A stretch of DNA of 47,273 bases, from contig CAZSGY010000026.1 of NCBI GenBank assembly GCA_964606975.1, positions 1-47,273 of the forward strand. Reading direction: 5' to 3'. The translations under genes and the position numbers were made by a program. Position 1 is the first letter of the stretch, and every line of letters starts with the position of its first letter. Below, piece after piece: positions 23,431 through 32,809 of this stretch. Under the pieces are notes generated by a model. That model saw nothing but the letters and a program-made list of their open reading frames with translations, ran no database searches and was not told where the DNA came from. This DNA comes from an uncultured Gammaproteobacteria bacterium. GTDB lineage: Bacteria > Patescibacteriota > Microgenomatia > UBA8517.

Positions 23431-26340
23431 GTGGACAAAACTTCAAATATCAAATTAAACAAAGAACAGACCGATGCTATAAAATTTGGTCGTGGGCCGC
23501 TTCTAATTATTGCCGGAGCAGGAACGGGGAAAACCACAGTTGTTGCAGAAAGAATTAAATATTTAATTTTAGGCAAGCACGCAAAACCCTCTGAAATCCT
23601 GGCCCTCACATTCACTGAAAAAGCAGCCAGGGAGATGGAAGAAAGGGTGGATATCGGACTGCCTTATGGTTACACACAAATGTGGATAATGACCTTCCAT
23701 TCTTTCTGTGACAGGATTTTAAGACAAGAGGCGCTTCATATAGGTTTGGACCCCCGATATAAATTAATGAGTGAGGCCGAAAGCATTCAATTGTTGCGGG
23801 GAAATTTGTTCAAACTGGATCTTAATTATTTCCGTCCTTTAGGGAATCCGAATAAATTTATAAGTGGAATGTTGCAGCATTTTTCAAGACTTCAGGATGA
23901 AGACGTAAACCCAAGCGAATACGTTGCTTGGGTAAATTCCAAATTCCAAATTACGAATTCCGAACAAACTGAGGAACAAAAATTAGAAAATTCTAAATTC
24001 CGAGAGTTAGCGAAAGCTTATAAAGCCTATGACGAACTTAAAGTAAAAGAGGGCTTGATGGATTTTGGGGATCTGATTACTAAAACACTTAAACTCTTCA
24101 GAGACAGGCCGAATTTGCTGGAAGTTTATAGAAAACAATTCAAATACATATTAGTCGATGAATTTCAAGACACCAACTTCGCCCAAAATGAATTGGTCAA
24201 ACTTCTCGCAGGGAAAAGCGGAAATATAACAGTGGTGGGGGACGATGATCAAAGCATCTACAGATTCAGAGGAGCAGCAGTTAGCAATATTATTCAGTTT
24301 AGAAAAACTTATCCAAAAACCAAAGTTGTAATCTTAACCAAAAATTACAGAAGCACCCAAGAGATTCTGGACAGAAGTCATGACCTCATTAGATTTAACG
24401 ATCCGGACAGATTAGAGGTTGTTGAAAAAATCGACAAAAGACTCAAATCGCAGGTTGCCAAGGATGGTGTGGAAATAAAATTTATTCACGCAGATCGTGT
24501 CGAAAATGAAGCAGACATGATTGCTAAAGAAGTCCTTCGGCTAAATACCCAGGACAATTATAAGTGGGGAGATTTTGCCATATTGGTTCGTGCAAACAAT
24601 CATTCTGAGCCGATAGCAAGGGCGCTTTTAAGAAACGGGATTCCTTATCAATTTTTGGGGCCCGGCAGACTTTTTAAACAACCTGAAATAATCGACCTCA
24701 TTTCTTATCTTAAAATCTTAAACAATTTTGAAGATTCGGTAGCTTTCTACAGAATCTTGTCTAATGATTTTTTTGACATAATACCGCGTGATATTGCTGC
24801 TATTGGAAATTATGCAAAAAAGTATAACCTGAGTTTATTTGAAGCTTCCGAAAAAATTGATGATATTTTTGTCGGCCAAGAAACTAAAGAAAAGGTAAAA
24901 AAGCTTTTGGCAATAATTAGAAAACACCTTGGTCTTATAAAGAAAGAAACTGCCGGGCAAATACTATATTATTATTTGGCAGACACGGGTCTTATACAAA
25001 AACTTTTGTCACCGGCTTCTCCCGGGGCCGAAACCAAAGCCAAAAATATTTCCAAGTTTTTTGACAAGCTTAAAACTTATGAAGTTGACAACGAAGACGC
25101 GACCGTTCCTGCTGTGGTCGATTGGTTAGATCTTTCCGTGGAATTGGGCGAAAGTCCCTTAGCTGCAAATGAGGATTGGACGGAAATCAATGCTGTAAAC
25201 ATTTTAACGGTGCATTCGGCAAAAGGATTGGAATTCCCGATTGTTTATTTGGCAAATCTTGTTTCACAAAGATTTCCAACTATCGAAAGAAGAGAGCAAA
25301 TTCCCATACCTGATGAATTAATTAAAGAAGTTTTGCCGGTCGGGGATTACCATCTGGAAGAAGAACGCAGACTTTTTTATGTAGGAATGACTCGGGCAAA
25401 AGAAAGACTTTACTTCACGGCAGCCGATTATTATGGAGAAGGAAAACGGGAGAAAAAACTCTCTCCTTTTATTTTTGAGTCATTGGGAGAAAGGGTAGCC
25501 GGTGCTGAAAAGATTGTGCCCAGAGCAGATCAATTGTCATTTTTGGATTACGGAATTCAAAAAAATACAAAAGAATTACCAAAAGAAGACTTCCATGTTG
25601 ATTATCTTTCGTATTCCCAAATTGAAACTTTTAGAACGTGTCCTTTGCATTACAAACTTAAATATATCTTAAAAGTTCCCACGCCTCCGCAGGCTGCAAC
25701 AAGTTTCGGAACGGCAATACACGCAACGCTCAAAAATTTTTATGAAGAATTAATTGCCGGGACAAAACCCAGCAAAAAGTTAATATACGAATTATTAGAG
25801 AATAACTGGATCGAAGAAGGCTATAAGAGCAAAAAACAGGAGGCACAGTATTTACAAAGAGGCAAAGATTATTTGAACGGATTTTTAAAGAAAGGATTTG
25901 ATCCCAAGAATTTGCCTGTTGCTCTCGAGCAGACTTTTATGGTCCCACTGGGTTCCGATTTAAGAATTGGGGGCAGAATTGATAGAGTAGACGACCTCGG
26001 CGGCGGACAGATTGAAATTATTGATTATAAAACCAGCGAAAAAATTCCGACACAAAAGGAGGCCGATCGCGATTTGCAGCTTTGTTTTTATGCACTCGCT
26101 GCCAGCAAGATTCCAACGGAGCCTTTTGGCAGACAACCTGAAAACATCAAGCTATCTCTGTATTTTTTGAATGAGCAAAAAAAGATTTCTTCTACAAGAA
26201 CTGCAAAACAACTGGAAGAAGCAGTCGGGGAAATTTATAAGATAAGAGAGGGGATGGAAAAGTCAGATTTCAAATGCAGTAATCACATATTTTGTCAGAT
26301 GGGATGTGAATTCTCACTATTTTGCAAATCGGAGGAATAA
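23431..26340 (+). CDS. UvrD/PcrA-type SF1 helicase fused to a C-terminal PD-(D/E)XK (Cas4/AddB-like) nuclease with a Cys cluster
   Basis: Helicase motifs AGAGTGKTT, DEFQDTN, VGDDDQSIYRFRGA, KNYRSTQEIL, TVHSAKGLEFP and YVGMTRAKERLYF. C-terminal FRTCPLHY...GRIDRVDDLGGGQIEIIDYKT...CSNHIFCQMGCEFSLFC. Confidence 0.85.
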   Translation: MDKTSNIKLNKEQTDAIKFGRGPLLIIAGAGTGKTTVVAERIKYLILGKHAKPSEILALTFTEKAAREMEERVDIGLPYGYTQMWIMTFHSFCDRILRQEALHIGLDPRYKLMSEAESIQLLRGNLFKLDLNYFRPLGNPNKFISGMLQHFSRLQDEDVNPSEYVAWVNSKFQITNSEQTEEQKLENSKFRELAKAYKAYDELKVKEGLMDFGDLITKTLKLFRDRPNLLEVYRKQFKYILVDEFQDTNFAQNELVKLLAGKSGNITVVGDDDQSIYRFRGAAVSNIIQFRKTYPKTKVVILTKNYRSTQEILDRSHDLIRFNDPDRLEVVEKIDKRLKSQVAKDGVEIKFIHADRVENEADMIAKEVLRLNTQDNYKWGDFAILVRANNHSEPIARALLRNGIPYQFLGPGRLFKQPEIIDLISYLKILNNFEDSVAFYRILSNDFFDIIPRDIAAIGNYAKKYNLSLFEASEKIDDIFVGQETKEKVKKLLAIIRKHLGLIKKETAGQILYYYLADTGLIQKLLSPASPGAETKAKNISKFFDKLKTYEVDNEDATVPAVVDWLDLSVELGESPLAANEDWTEINAVNILTVHSAKGLEFPIVYLANLVSQRFPTIERREQIPIPDELIKEVLPVGDYHLEEERRLFYVGMTRAKERLYFTAADYYGEGKREKKLSPFIFESLGERVAGAEKIVPRADQLSFLDYGIQKNTKELPKEDFHVDYLSYSQIETFRTCPLHYKLKYILKVPTPPQAATSFGTAIHATLKNFYEELIAGTKPSKKLIYELLENNWIEEGYKSKKQEAQYLQRGKDYLNGFLKKGFDPKNLPVALEQTFMVPLGSDLRIGGRIDRVDDLGGGQIEIIDYKTSEKIPTQKEADRDLQLCFYALAASKIPTEPFGRQPENIKLSLYFLNEQKKISSTRTAKQLEEAVGEIYKIREGMEKSDFKCSNHIFCQMGCEFSLFCKSEE

Positions 26341-26375
26341 TCATTAGTCGTAAGTTATTAAAAAAAACCTTTCTT

Positions 26376-26834
26376 TCAGCCGTTATTTTCCAGTTTTCTT
26401 TTTACACTTGTAAAAAGAGCCCAAGCATCAAATGCGCCAATGCCATGCCTGGCCGCATCCTCCTGATTTGAAGCGATTGCGGGAACACCCACTTGTCGTT
26501 GGTAGCTCCAATCTAAATACGTTGCGAAATTTTTTAGATCTTCATGTGTAGGCAGTAGGCCAGCCTGACTTTGGTGGACAATTTTTCCTGCCTTTTGCAG
26601 GATAGAATTAACATTTTCGGCTTCCAGTACTTCTATGTGCAGGACGCCTCTGTTATTTGATCTCGTTTGCAGTTCATCTGCGAAGGCATTCCCATCTTCT
26701 GTTATTCTTTTGCCAAGATTCTGCCAATTTGGTGAAAGCGGTTTGAGAAGTTTTCCTTTTTGGTCTCTTACCAAAAGGGGTAAAAGTCGTATATTTATTT
26801 CAGATTCCTGTTTTTCGGCAATTTTATCCGCCAT
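26376..26834 (-). CDS. soluble 152-aa protein, unknown function
   Basis: ORF with no TM helix and no motif I recognise. Its only ATG overlaps the FemAB-like gene upstream by 40 nt, which suggests co-transcription. Confidence 0.45.
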   Translation of the reverse strand: MADKIAEKQESEINIRLLPLLVRDQKGKLLKPLSPNWQNLGKRITEDGNAFADELQTRSNNRGVLHIEVLEAENVNSILQKAGKIVHQSQAGLLPTHEDLKNFATYLDWSYQRQVGVPAIASNQEDAARHGIGAFDAWALFTSVKRKLENNG

Positions 26835-27682
26835 ATTTTTTTGAATAATCGATTTTTAGTATAACATCCCGGGTAGATAACTTCGTAGCCTCCGAAAGAA
26901 TGCTTAAAATGGGTAAAACCAAGCCAGCTTCTGTTGGGGAAGCGTGGATCGAAAACGCCTTCAAAATCAAATACCTTATAGCCATTCTTTTTAGCCCATA
27001 GTATTCCTTGCCAGAGAAGGGCATACTGGGCTAGGGAAGTGCGACCCTCCTTATTTGTGAATGCTTGCCAATAATACGTTATATAGTTTGATTTATCGTG
27101 TGAAGAAGTCGTGAAAATCACTCCACCTATAATTCTGCTAACAATATTGTGCGACGCAAGGAAAAGGGAGTGAGATTGTGGAAAACTTTTCTTTAATTTA
27201 ATAAGCTGTTCTGCACTTGGTACATATCGGCGCAACTTAACGGAATTTATCCACTCCTCCCGGAATGTTTTTATTTCTTCGGGGGTTGAGTATTCTGCGG
27301 TTTTTATGCTCCCCCCTTTCTTAATTGCCTGCCTGGCGTCTTTTTTAAAATGCTTTAAGATTTCAGCTTTCGGTTGAGTTAGGTCAATTTGAAGAGTTTT
27401 GGAGGGCAAATATGTGGTTTTGGCCAATTTAAAGCCGGATGACTCCAGGTATCTGGCATCCAAATCGCTTTTAGGCTCGATTATAATTTGATAAACACCG
27501 TATTTTCGGCATAATTTGTTGACCGTGTCCATTCTTATTTCCTCCGGCCTTTGAAGTTTTAGAATAGAGCCTAAGAATGGCATCTTTTTTATGAAGTAGT
27601 TGATTTCAGCGATTCTTTCTACTGTCCAGCCAAGACTTTTGAGGTATTTAGCATAGGATTCGCTTTGTCTGATATCAAACAT
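26795..27682 (-). CDS. FemAB-family aminoacyl-tRNA-dependent peptidoglycan peptide-branch transferase-like protein
   Basis: FemAB-like layout: QSESYAKYLKSLGW, an FKKDARQAIKKGG block, and YYWQAF...AQYALLWQGILWAKKNGYKVFDFEG. ATG at 27682 shares 1 nt with the upstream TGA stop. Confidence 0.7.
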   Translation of the reverse strand: MFDIRQSESYAKYLKSLGWTVERIAEINYFIKKMPFLGSILKLQRPEEIRMDTVNKLCRKYGVYQIIIEPKSDLDARYLESSGFKLAKTTYLPSKTLQIDLTQPKAEILKHFKKDARQAIKKGGSIKTAEYSTPEEIKTFREEWINSVKLRRYVPSAEQLIKLKKSFPQSHSLFLASHNIVSRIIGGVIFTTSSHDKSNYITYYWQAFTNKEGRTSLAQYALLWQGILWAKKNGYKVFDFEGVFDPRFPNRSWLGFTHFKHSFGGYEVIYPGCYTKNRLFKKIWRIKLPKNRNLK

Positions 27683-28659
27683 CAAAATCTATTTTTGGAC
27701 AACCCTGCCTTGGCTAAAGTTTTAAGGATTTTCCAACGAATTTGCTCCGCTACTCTATAGATCCGATAGGCCGGCTTATTTATCACCAAATCCCATGTTC
27801 CCAAAAATTCCACAACTTTAGGGCCGTAACCTTCTTTAAATTTAGTAAATCCCTTTCCTTCTTCCCTCCCCCATAAGTCAAAAGTCTTGAGATTGAGATT
27901 GCGACCGAATTTAATTGCTTCCCACATAATTAAATTATTTGCCATAACCCCCTTATACTTTTCGGTAGATGCTCCGTATGGATAATAAAGAAAATCTTTC
28001 CAGGAAAAAAGTATCCAAGTAGTAATAATTTCCCCGTTATAAGTTGCCGTTAGTAGGTGGGCTATGCCGGCTTCTCTTAAAATTTTCCACATAAGCTTAT
28101 GGTATCTTTCAGAGTGTGCGTAAAAAGCTTGTCTTTGTGTTGTCTCACGGGTTAGGTCTAAGTATTTTTTGAAAGCTTTATCGGAATTATCTTCCTGAAC
28201 TTTTACTCCTTTTCTTTCGGCCAGGCGGATGTTGTAACGGGTCTTGGTGCTAAAACTTTTCAAAAGTTCATCCTCGGATTTGGTTAAATCAATCCAAAAG
28301 GTGGTCGGGGTAAAAAATCTTTTACCGGGTACGGCCCCGTTACGTATTAGGATTTTTTCTAGTTTGGATTTGTTTGTACCTTGTGATCTGGGAATTGGAA
28401 TTTCCCAACCGACGTTTGGTTCTAATTTAATAAAAACAATATTATTGTCTCCCGCAATCTTTTTTAGTCCGGTTAACATTTCCTGGCTGGGAGCCGGACC
28501 TTTTTCAAAGATGGCCAGTTTATAGTTTGTCAGAGGAATTTTGTGAACGGTTAAGATTCCCCATGGGGTTTTCAAAACTTCGTTGCCCCATTCTTTTCTA
28601 AAATTTCCCCAAAAGGTTGTTTGCAGGGGATGTGTTGAAATGGCATCAATTTTATTCAT
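27682..28659 (-). CDS. FemAB-family transferase (FemX-like)
   Basis: PLQTTFWGNFRKEWG, TRYNIRLAERKGV, FLYYPYGAS and ANNLIMWEAIKFGRNLNLKTFDLWG. The start overlaps the pcrA stop by 8 nt. Confidence 0.78.
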   Translation of the reverse strand: MNKIDAISTHPLQTTFWGNFRKEWGNEVLKTPWGILTVHKIPLTNYKLAIFEKGPAPSQEMLTGLKKIAGDNNIVFIKLEPNVGWEIPIPRSQGTNKSKLEKILIRNGAVPGKRFFTPTTFWIDLTKSEDELLKSFSTKTRYNIRLAERKGVKVQEDNSDKAFKKYLDLTRETTQRQAFYAHSERYHKLMWKILREAGIAHLLTATYNGEIITTWILFSWKDFLYYPYGASTEKYKGVMANNLIMWEAIKFGRNLNLKTFDLWGREEGKGFTKFKEGYGPKVVEFLGTWDLVINKPAYRIYRVAEQIRWKILKTLAKAGLSKNRF

Positions 28660-30562
28660 TGTTGTGCCCTAAGTATTTCTCAATGATATCATCAAATGTT
28701 CCTTTGGTGTCATCCACGGCCTCAAATTCGAAGCTGTTTATTGGTTTTAAACTTTCCCCCACTTCTTCAAGCAAGCTTTCGGGGATATCTGTTATAAACC
28801 TACTGGGCGGGTTGCTGATGCGCTCCCCGAAATATAGACGGGAGTTTGCATATAACAGGTAAAGCAAATCTTTTGCTCTGGTGATGCCGACATATGCCAA
28901 GCGTCTTTCCTCTTCCATTTGAGCGTTGTCCATTAAGCTTCGGCTATGGGGAAAAAGACCTTCCTCCATGCCTACAATAAATACAATTGGAAACTCCAGC
29001 CCCTTAGCAGCATGCAAGGTCATTAAAGTTATTGAATCTTTGTGTTGGAGGTTGCCGACGATGTGTTTACTTGAATCCTGGGACGTTTCCACTAAAGTAA
29101 CATTTTCCAAAAATTCATTAACATCTGGGAATTCCGTGGCCACGCTTCTAAGCTCCTTTAAATTTTCAAGACGGGCGATATTTTCCTCGGACTCTTTTTG
29201 GAAAAGAGCAAGATAATCCGTTTTCTGGATAACCACATCAAGGATATCAAGGGTCGTCAGTCCGCCCAGATCCGGATTTTCCACCCTGAAAGTTTCAAGT
29301 TTTTGAAACCTTCTTACTCCGATTTTTTCAATTCTGTTTTTTGAAACGGTATCTTTGGGATTATTCAGGTAGCGTATAAAAGCCAAAACGTCCTTAATTT
29401 CTTTTCGGTCATAAAATTTTACGCCCCCCACAAGAATATATGGAATTCCTGCGTGTAAAAATGCTTCCTCCAAAACGCGGGATTGGGCATTGGTACGGTA
29501 CAGAATTGCAATATCCCGATAACTAAGTTTACCGTTTGAGTCTCGGATCAATGTCTTTGCCTCATTGACTATAAAATCCGCCTCATCAAAACCGTTTCTG
29601 GCCGCATAGATTTTAATTCTCGAACCCTTTTCTTTTTCTGTCCAGAGTTTGAGAATTGGATGGCTTGTATTTTTGGAAATAACTAAATTAGCGGCATCTA
29701 AAATATTTTGTGTCGAACGATAATTTTGTTCCAAATTAACCACTTTAATATCTGGGTAGTCCTGTATTAGGTAATTAATATTTCGATAGTCTGCACCGCG
29801 CCAGGAATATATTGATTGGGAAGCGTCTCCGACGGCAGTGATGTTATTTCCCTGTCCGACTAAAAGTTTTGTTAAAACATATTGAATTTTGTTTGTATCC
29901 TGCCATTCGTCGACGAAAATGTGTGTGAGCCGTGCCCGCCATTTTTCTAAGACATCCGGAACTTCTCTATACAACTGAACAGTTTTGATCAATAAATCGT
30001 CAAAATCCAGAGCACCGATATGTCTAAGTGCTTTCTCATACTCAATGTAAACCTTGGAAGCGATATCCTGCCAGTCACTTCTAACAAAATTGACATATTC
30101 TGCCGGAGAAAGCATTTGGTTTTTGGCTTCGCTTATGCCGTTTAAAATTGAAGCCGGATTATACCGATCTGTAGAAATATTAAGACGCTCCATAATATCT
30201 TTGACCTCTTCTTTTTGATCACTGTCATCATAGATAACAAAATTTTTTGGGACTCCGATTTCTGTACCGTCAATTCTTAAGACCTTTGCGCAAAACGAAT
30301 GAAAAGTGCCGGTTGTCGGAGAGTTGCCGGCAGTAAGAGCCAGGATTCTTTCTTTCATCTCACTGGCTGCCTTGTTAGTGAATGTTAGAAGCAGTGCGTT
30401 CTCGGGTCTGATTAAGTTTTTTTCGATAAAGTAAGCTACGCGATGTGTTAAAACTTTGGTTTTCCCCGACCCTGCTCCCGCCAAAACTAAAAGCGGTCCG
30501 TGGGTGTAGGTAACCGCCTCTTTTTGTTCTTTATTCAAACCGGCTATACTAGTATCTAACAT
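28652..30562 (-). CDS. pcrA: ATP-dependent DNA helicase PcrA/UvrD (636 aa)
   Basis: LNKEQKEAV, AGAGSGKTKVL, DEWQDTN, VGDASQSIYSWRGA, QNYRSTQNIL, TLHAAKGLEFP and YVGITRAKDLLY. Confidence 0.9.
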   Translation of the reverse strand: MLDTSIAGLNKEQKEAVTYTHGPLLVLAGAGSGKTKVLTHRVAYFIEKNLIRPENALLLTFTNKAASEMKERILALTAGNSPTTGTFHSFCAKVLRIDGTEIGVPKNFVIYDDSDQKEEVKDIMERLNISTDRYNPASILNGISEAKNQMLSPAEYVNFVRSDWQDIASKVYIEYEKALRHIGALDFDDLLIKTVQLYREVPDVLEKWRARLTHIFVDEWQDTNKIQYVLTKLLVGQGNNITAVGDASQSIYSWRGADYRNINYLIQDYPDIKVVNLEQNYRSTQNILDAANLVISKNTSHPILKLWTEKEKGSRIKIYAARNGFDEADFIVNEAKTLIRDSNGKLSYRDIAILYRTNAQSRVLEEAFLHAGIPYILVGGVKFYDRKEIKDVLAFIRYLNNPKDTVSKNRIEKIGVRRFQKLETFRVENPDLGGLTTLDILDVVIQKTDYLALFQKESEENIARLENLKELRSVATEFPDVNEFLENVTLVETSQDSSKHIVGNLQHKDSITLMTLHAAKGLEFPIVFIVGMEEGLFPHSRSLMDNAQMEEERRLAYVGITRAKDLLYLLYANSRLYFGERISNPPSRFITDIPESLLEEVGESLKPINSFEFEAVDDTKGTFDDIIEKYLGHNNE

Positions 30563-31655
30563 GCTTGATCATTCTACAGTACTTTCTAACGTACCGAAAA
30601 GAGATGTTTCCGGAAAATCCAAATGGAAAAGAGCCGGTAAGGTTATCCTATTTTCATTCCTGACCTTGTTTTTAATTATTTTTCTGGGAATAGGGGTGTT
30701 TTTTATCAGGTTCCCTATGTTTGCCAAGGCGGCTTATAATTTTGTTGCCTTGCCCAAAAACCCAATTTCTTCCGGCAGCGGATATGTAAACATTTTAGTT
30801 ATGGGTAAGTCCGGGGGAAGTCATGAGGGTTCAGAACTAACAGATTCGATGCTTATTATTTCGCTTCCATTGGAGGGAATGTCTAAAATTACAACGGTTT
30901 CCATTCCCCGCGATATTTGGATTCCTGAACTTAGAGCCAAAATAAATTCAGTTTATTACTGGGGTAAAGAAGGAACACCCTATTTTAAGGTCGAAGAAAC
31001 GGGTGGAGGAATTTCATTTGCTAAAAAAATAACAGGAGGAGTCATCGGACAGCAGATTGATTATGGTGTAGTAGTTGATTTCTCTGCCTTTAAAGATACC
31101 GTGGACGCCATTGGTGGAATTGAAGTAAATGTTGAAAGAGGTTTTATAGACAAGCTCTATCCGATAGAGGGAAAAGAAAATGACATGTGTGAAGGAGATT
31201 CTACCTATGCCTGCCGGTATGAAGAAGTGGTTTTTGATTCAGGTTTGCAGCAGATGGACGGGGAGACTGCTTTGAAATTTGTTCGTTCGCGCCACGCCGA
31301 AGGAGATGAGGGCACTGACATTGCCAGAGAGGCCAGACAACAAAAAGTAATTAAATCGATAGAAAATAAAATTATGTCAAAAGACGTCTTGTTTTCGCCC
31401 GGGAAGATTGCAAACATTTTTGATATTGCTGAAAAATATGTTGAGACCGACATAGACATTCCGACCGCCGGGATATTGGCCAGGTTGACTTATGAAAGCA
31501 GAAATAATGTTTCTCAAAACGTCTTGCCCGAAGACTTGTTGGTGAATCCCAAACCCAGCAAGGATTATGACAACTTGTATGTGTTTATCCCTAAAGCGGG
31601 CAACGGGAAGTGGGAAGAAATTCAGAACTGGTTTAGAGTTGTCAATGGCGACTAA
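30561..31655 (+). CDS. LytR-CpsA-Psr (LCP) family cell-wall glycopolymer ligase
   Basis: N-terminal TM anchor, then YVNILVMGKSGG...LTDSMLIISLP...TVSIPRDIWIP and ALKFVRSRH. Confidence 0.85.
   Translation: MLDHSTVLSNVPKRDVSGKSKWKRAGKVILFSFLTLFLIIFLGIGVFFIRFPMFAKAAYNFVALPKNPISSGSGYVNILVMGKSGGSHEGSELTDSMLIISLPLEGMSKITTVSIPRDIWIPELRAKINSVYYWGKEGTPYFKVEETGGGISFAKKITGGVIGQQIDYGVVVDFSAFKDTVDAIGGIEVNVERGFIDKLYPIEGKENDMCEGDSTYACRYEEVVFDSGLQQMDGETALKFVRSRHAEGDEGTDIAREARQQKVIKSIENKIMSKDVLFSPGKIANIFDIAEKYVETDIDIPTAGILARLTYESRNNVSQNVLPEDLLVNPKPSKDYDNLYVFIPKAGNGKWEEIQNWFRVVNGD
30571..30578 (-). promoter_or_regulatory. TGTAGAAT -10 element, 8 nt upstream of the pcrA ATG (inside the LCP coding sequence)
   Basis: The minus strand reads TGTAGAAT-GATCAAGC-ATG. 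Confidence 0.5.
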
Positions 31656-32809
31656 AAACTCACCCAGCCAAATTTATTAATCCAAAGAACGCCCCACAAA
31701 TTAATCAATATAGACACACTCAAAAGCAGCCAGTGGTGCCAGGCAGGATTTTTTGAACCGAGAGCGTTTACTATTAGCAGAAGCACTAGAGGGTAAAAAT
31801 CAACTGCATATCTATAACCAAATTGGGTAAAACCTGTTCCTCCGTGGATAAAGATAACAAATGCGATTAAAAAAATGGACACCCAAGTAAAAAGATTTAT
31901 CCTCGATTTTAATGGTGCACCAAACGCATAAATAAACGCCGGACTGGTGATAAATATTGAGAGGCCTGCCCAGGACGGCGTGATGTAAGGAAATTCATTT
32001 TTGAGTATTGGGGTAGAAAAAAACATCACTTTAAAATTTGGCCAAATATAAGAAAGGTCAAAAATACCGTTTTTATACCATGGCTCACTGAGCACGCCCG
32101 GAATGAGTCCGTAACCGGTTTCAAAAAAACTACCGAATCTCAGGTAGTTGTACAACGCAAAAAAAACACCGAAAAAAGAAAGACCTAGCAATATTTTCAG
32201 ATAATTTTTGTTTAAATAAAGAATTAGCGGTAAAGCCAGAATTGTTTGGATTCTCGATAAAAACGCAAAACCAAAATATAGAACTACCAAATACCATCTT
32301 TTCTTGTTTAAAGATTCGTAGATCGTTAAAGTTAGAAACAAAAATGCAGAAACTTGTCCGAGATACCAGACGGATCCAGTTGATGCCAAAAACCAAAGAA
32401 TATTTCCGAAAGCTGTCAATAAAAACACCCAAAGAGAGGTTAGTTTGTTTGAAGTTTTTTTGTATGCTATAAGAGCCCAGATAAAAGCTGCCAATGCCCC
32501 CATGATGTGAGCCAGTATCTGTTGCTGAAAATTTTGGTTTAGGATGAGAAGAAAAGGAATTGCGACTATTGCCGGTGCCGGAGGGTAAACAACTGCGAAT
32601 TTGTTCGTTCCGATGGGAATAAGCTCGTTTAACCACGGAGGGTTGTCTGTTAAATAATATTTTCCCTGCAAAAATGCAGTTCCAAGCCTGGTAAAATAGT
32701 CATAAGGGGTTCGTCCGGCCGAAGTCGCTAAATAAATAAAAAATGTTACGACAGTCAGTATTATTAGAAATATATGCCAGGAAGTAAGATTTTTTAGCTT
32801 TTGAAGCAT
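31652..32809 (-). CDS. polytopic membrane protein, GT-C-like putative glycosyltransferase
   Basis: About 10 TM helices. The first loop has RTPYDYFTRLGTAFLQGKYYL...VYPPAPAI. The call rests on architecture and context only. Confidence 0.5.
   Translation of the reverse strand: MLQKLKNLTSWHIFLIILTVVTFFIYLATSAGRTPYDYFTRLGTAFLQGKYYLTDNPPWLNELIPIGTNKFAVVYPPAPAIVAIPFLLILNQNFQQQILAHIMGALAAFIWALIAYKKTSNKLTSLWVFLLTAFGNILWFLASTGSVWYLGQVSAFLFLTLTIYESLNKKRWYLVVLYFGFAFLSRIQTILALPLILYLNKNYLKILLGLSFFGVFFALYNYLRFGSFFETGYGLIPGVLSEPWYKNGIFDLSYIWPNFKVMFFSTPILKNEFPYITPSWAGLSIFITSPAFIYAFGAPLKSRINLFTWVSIFLIAFVIFIHGGTGFTQFGYRYAVDFYPLVLLLIVNALGSKNPAWHHWLLLSVSILINLWGVLWINKFGWVSF

Noticed and set aside
23431-30562. The two UvrD-family helicases plus nuclease as an anti-phage defence island (Gabija- or helicase-nuclease-type)
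   Set aside because: Both helicases carry the full housekeeping SF1 motif set. One is a clear PcrA, and the neighbours are rmuC and wall-synthesis genes. No TOPRIM/ATPase partner, methylase, integrase or other defence or mobility hallmark is present.
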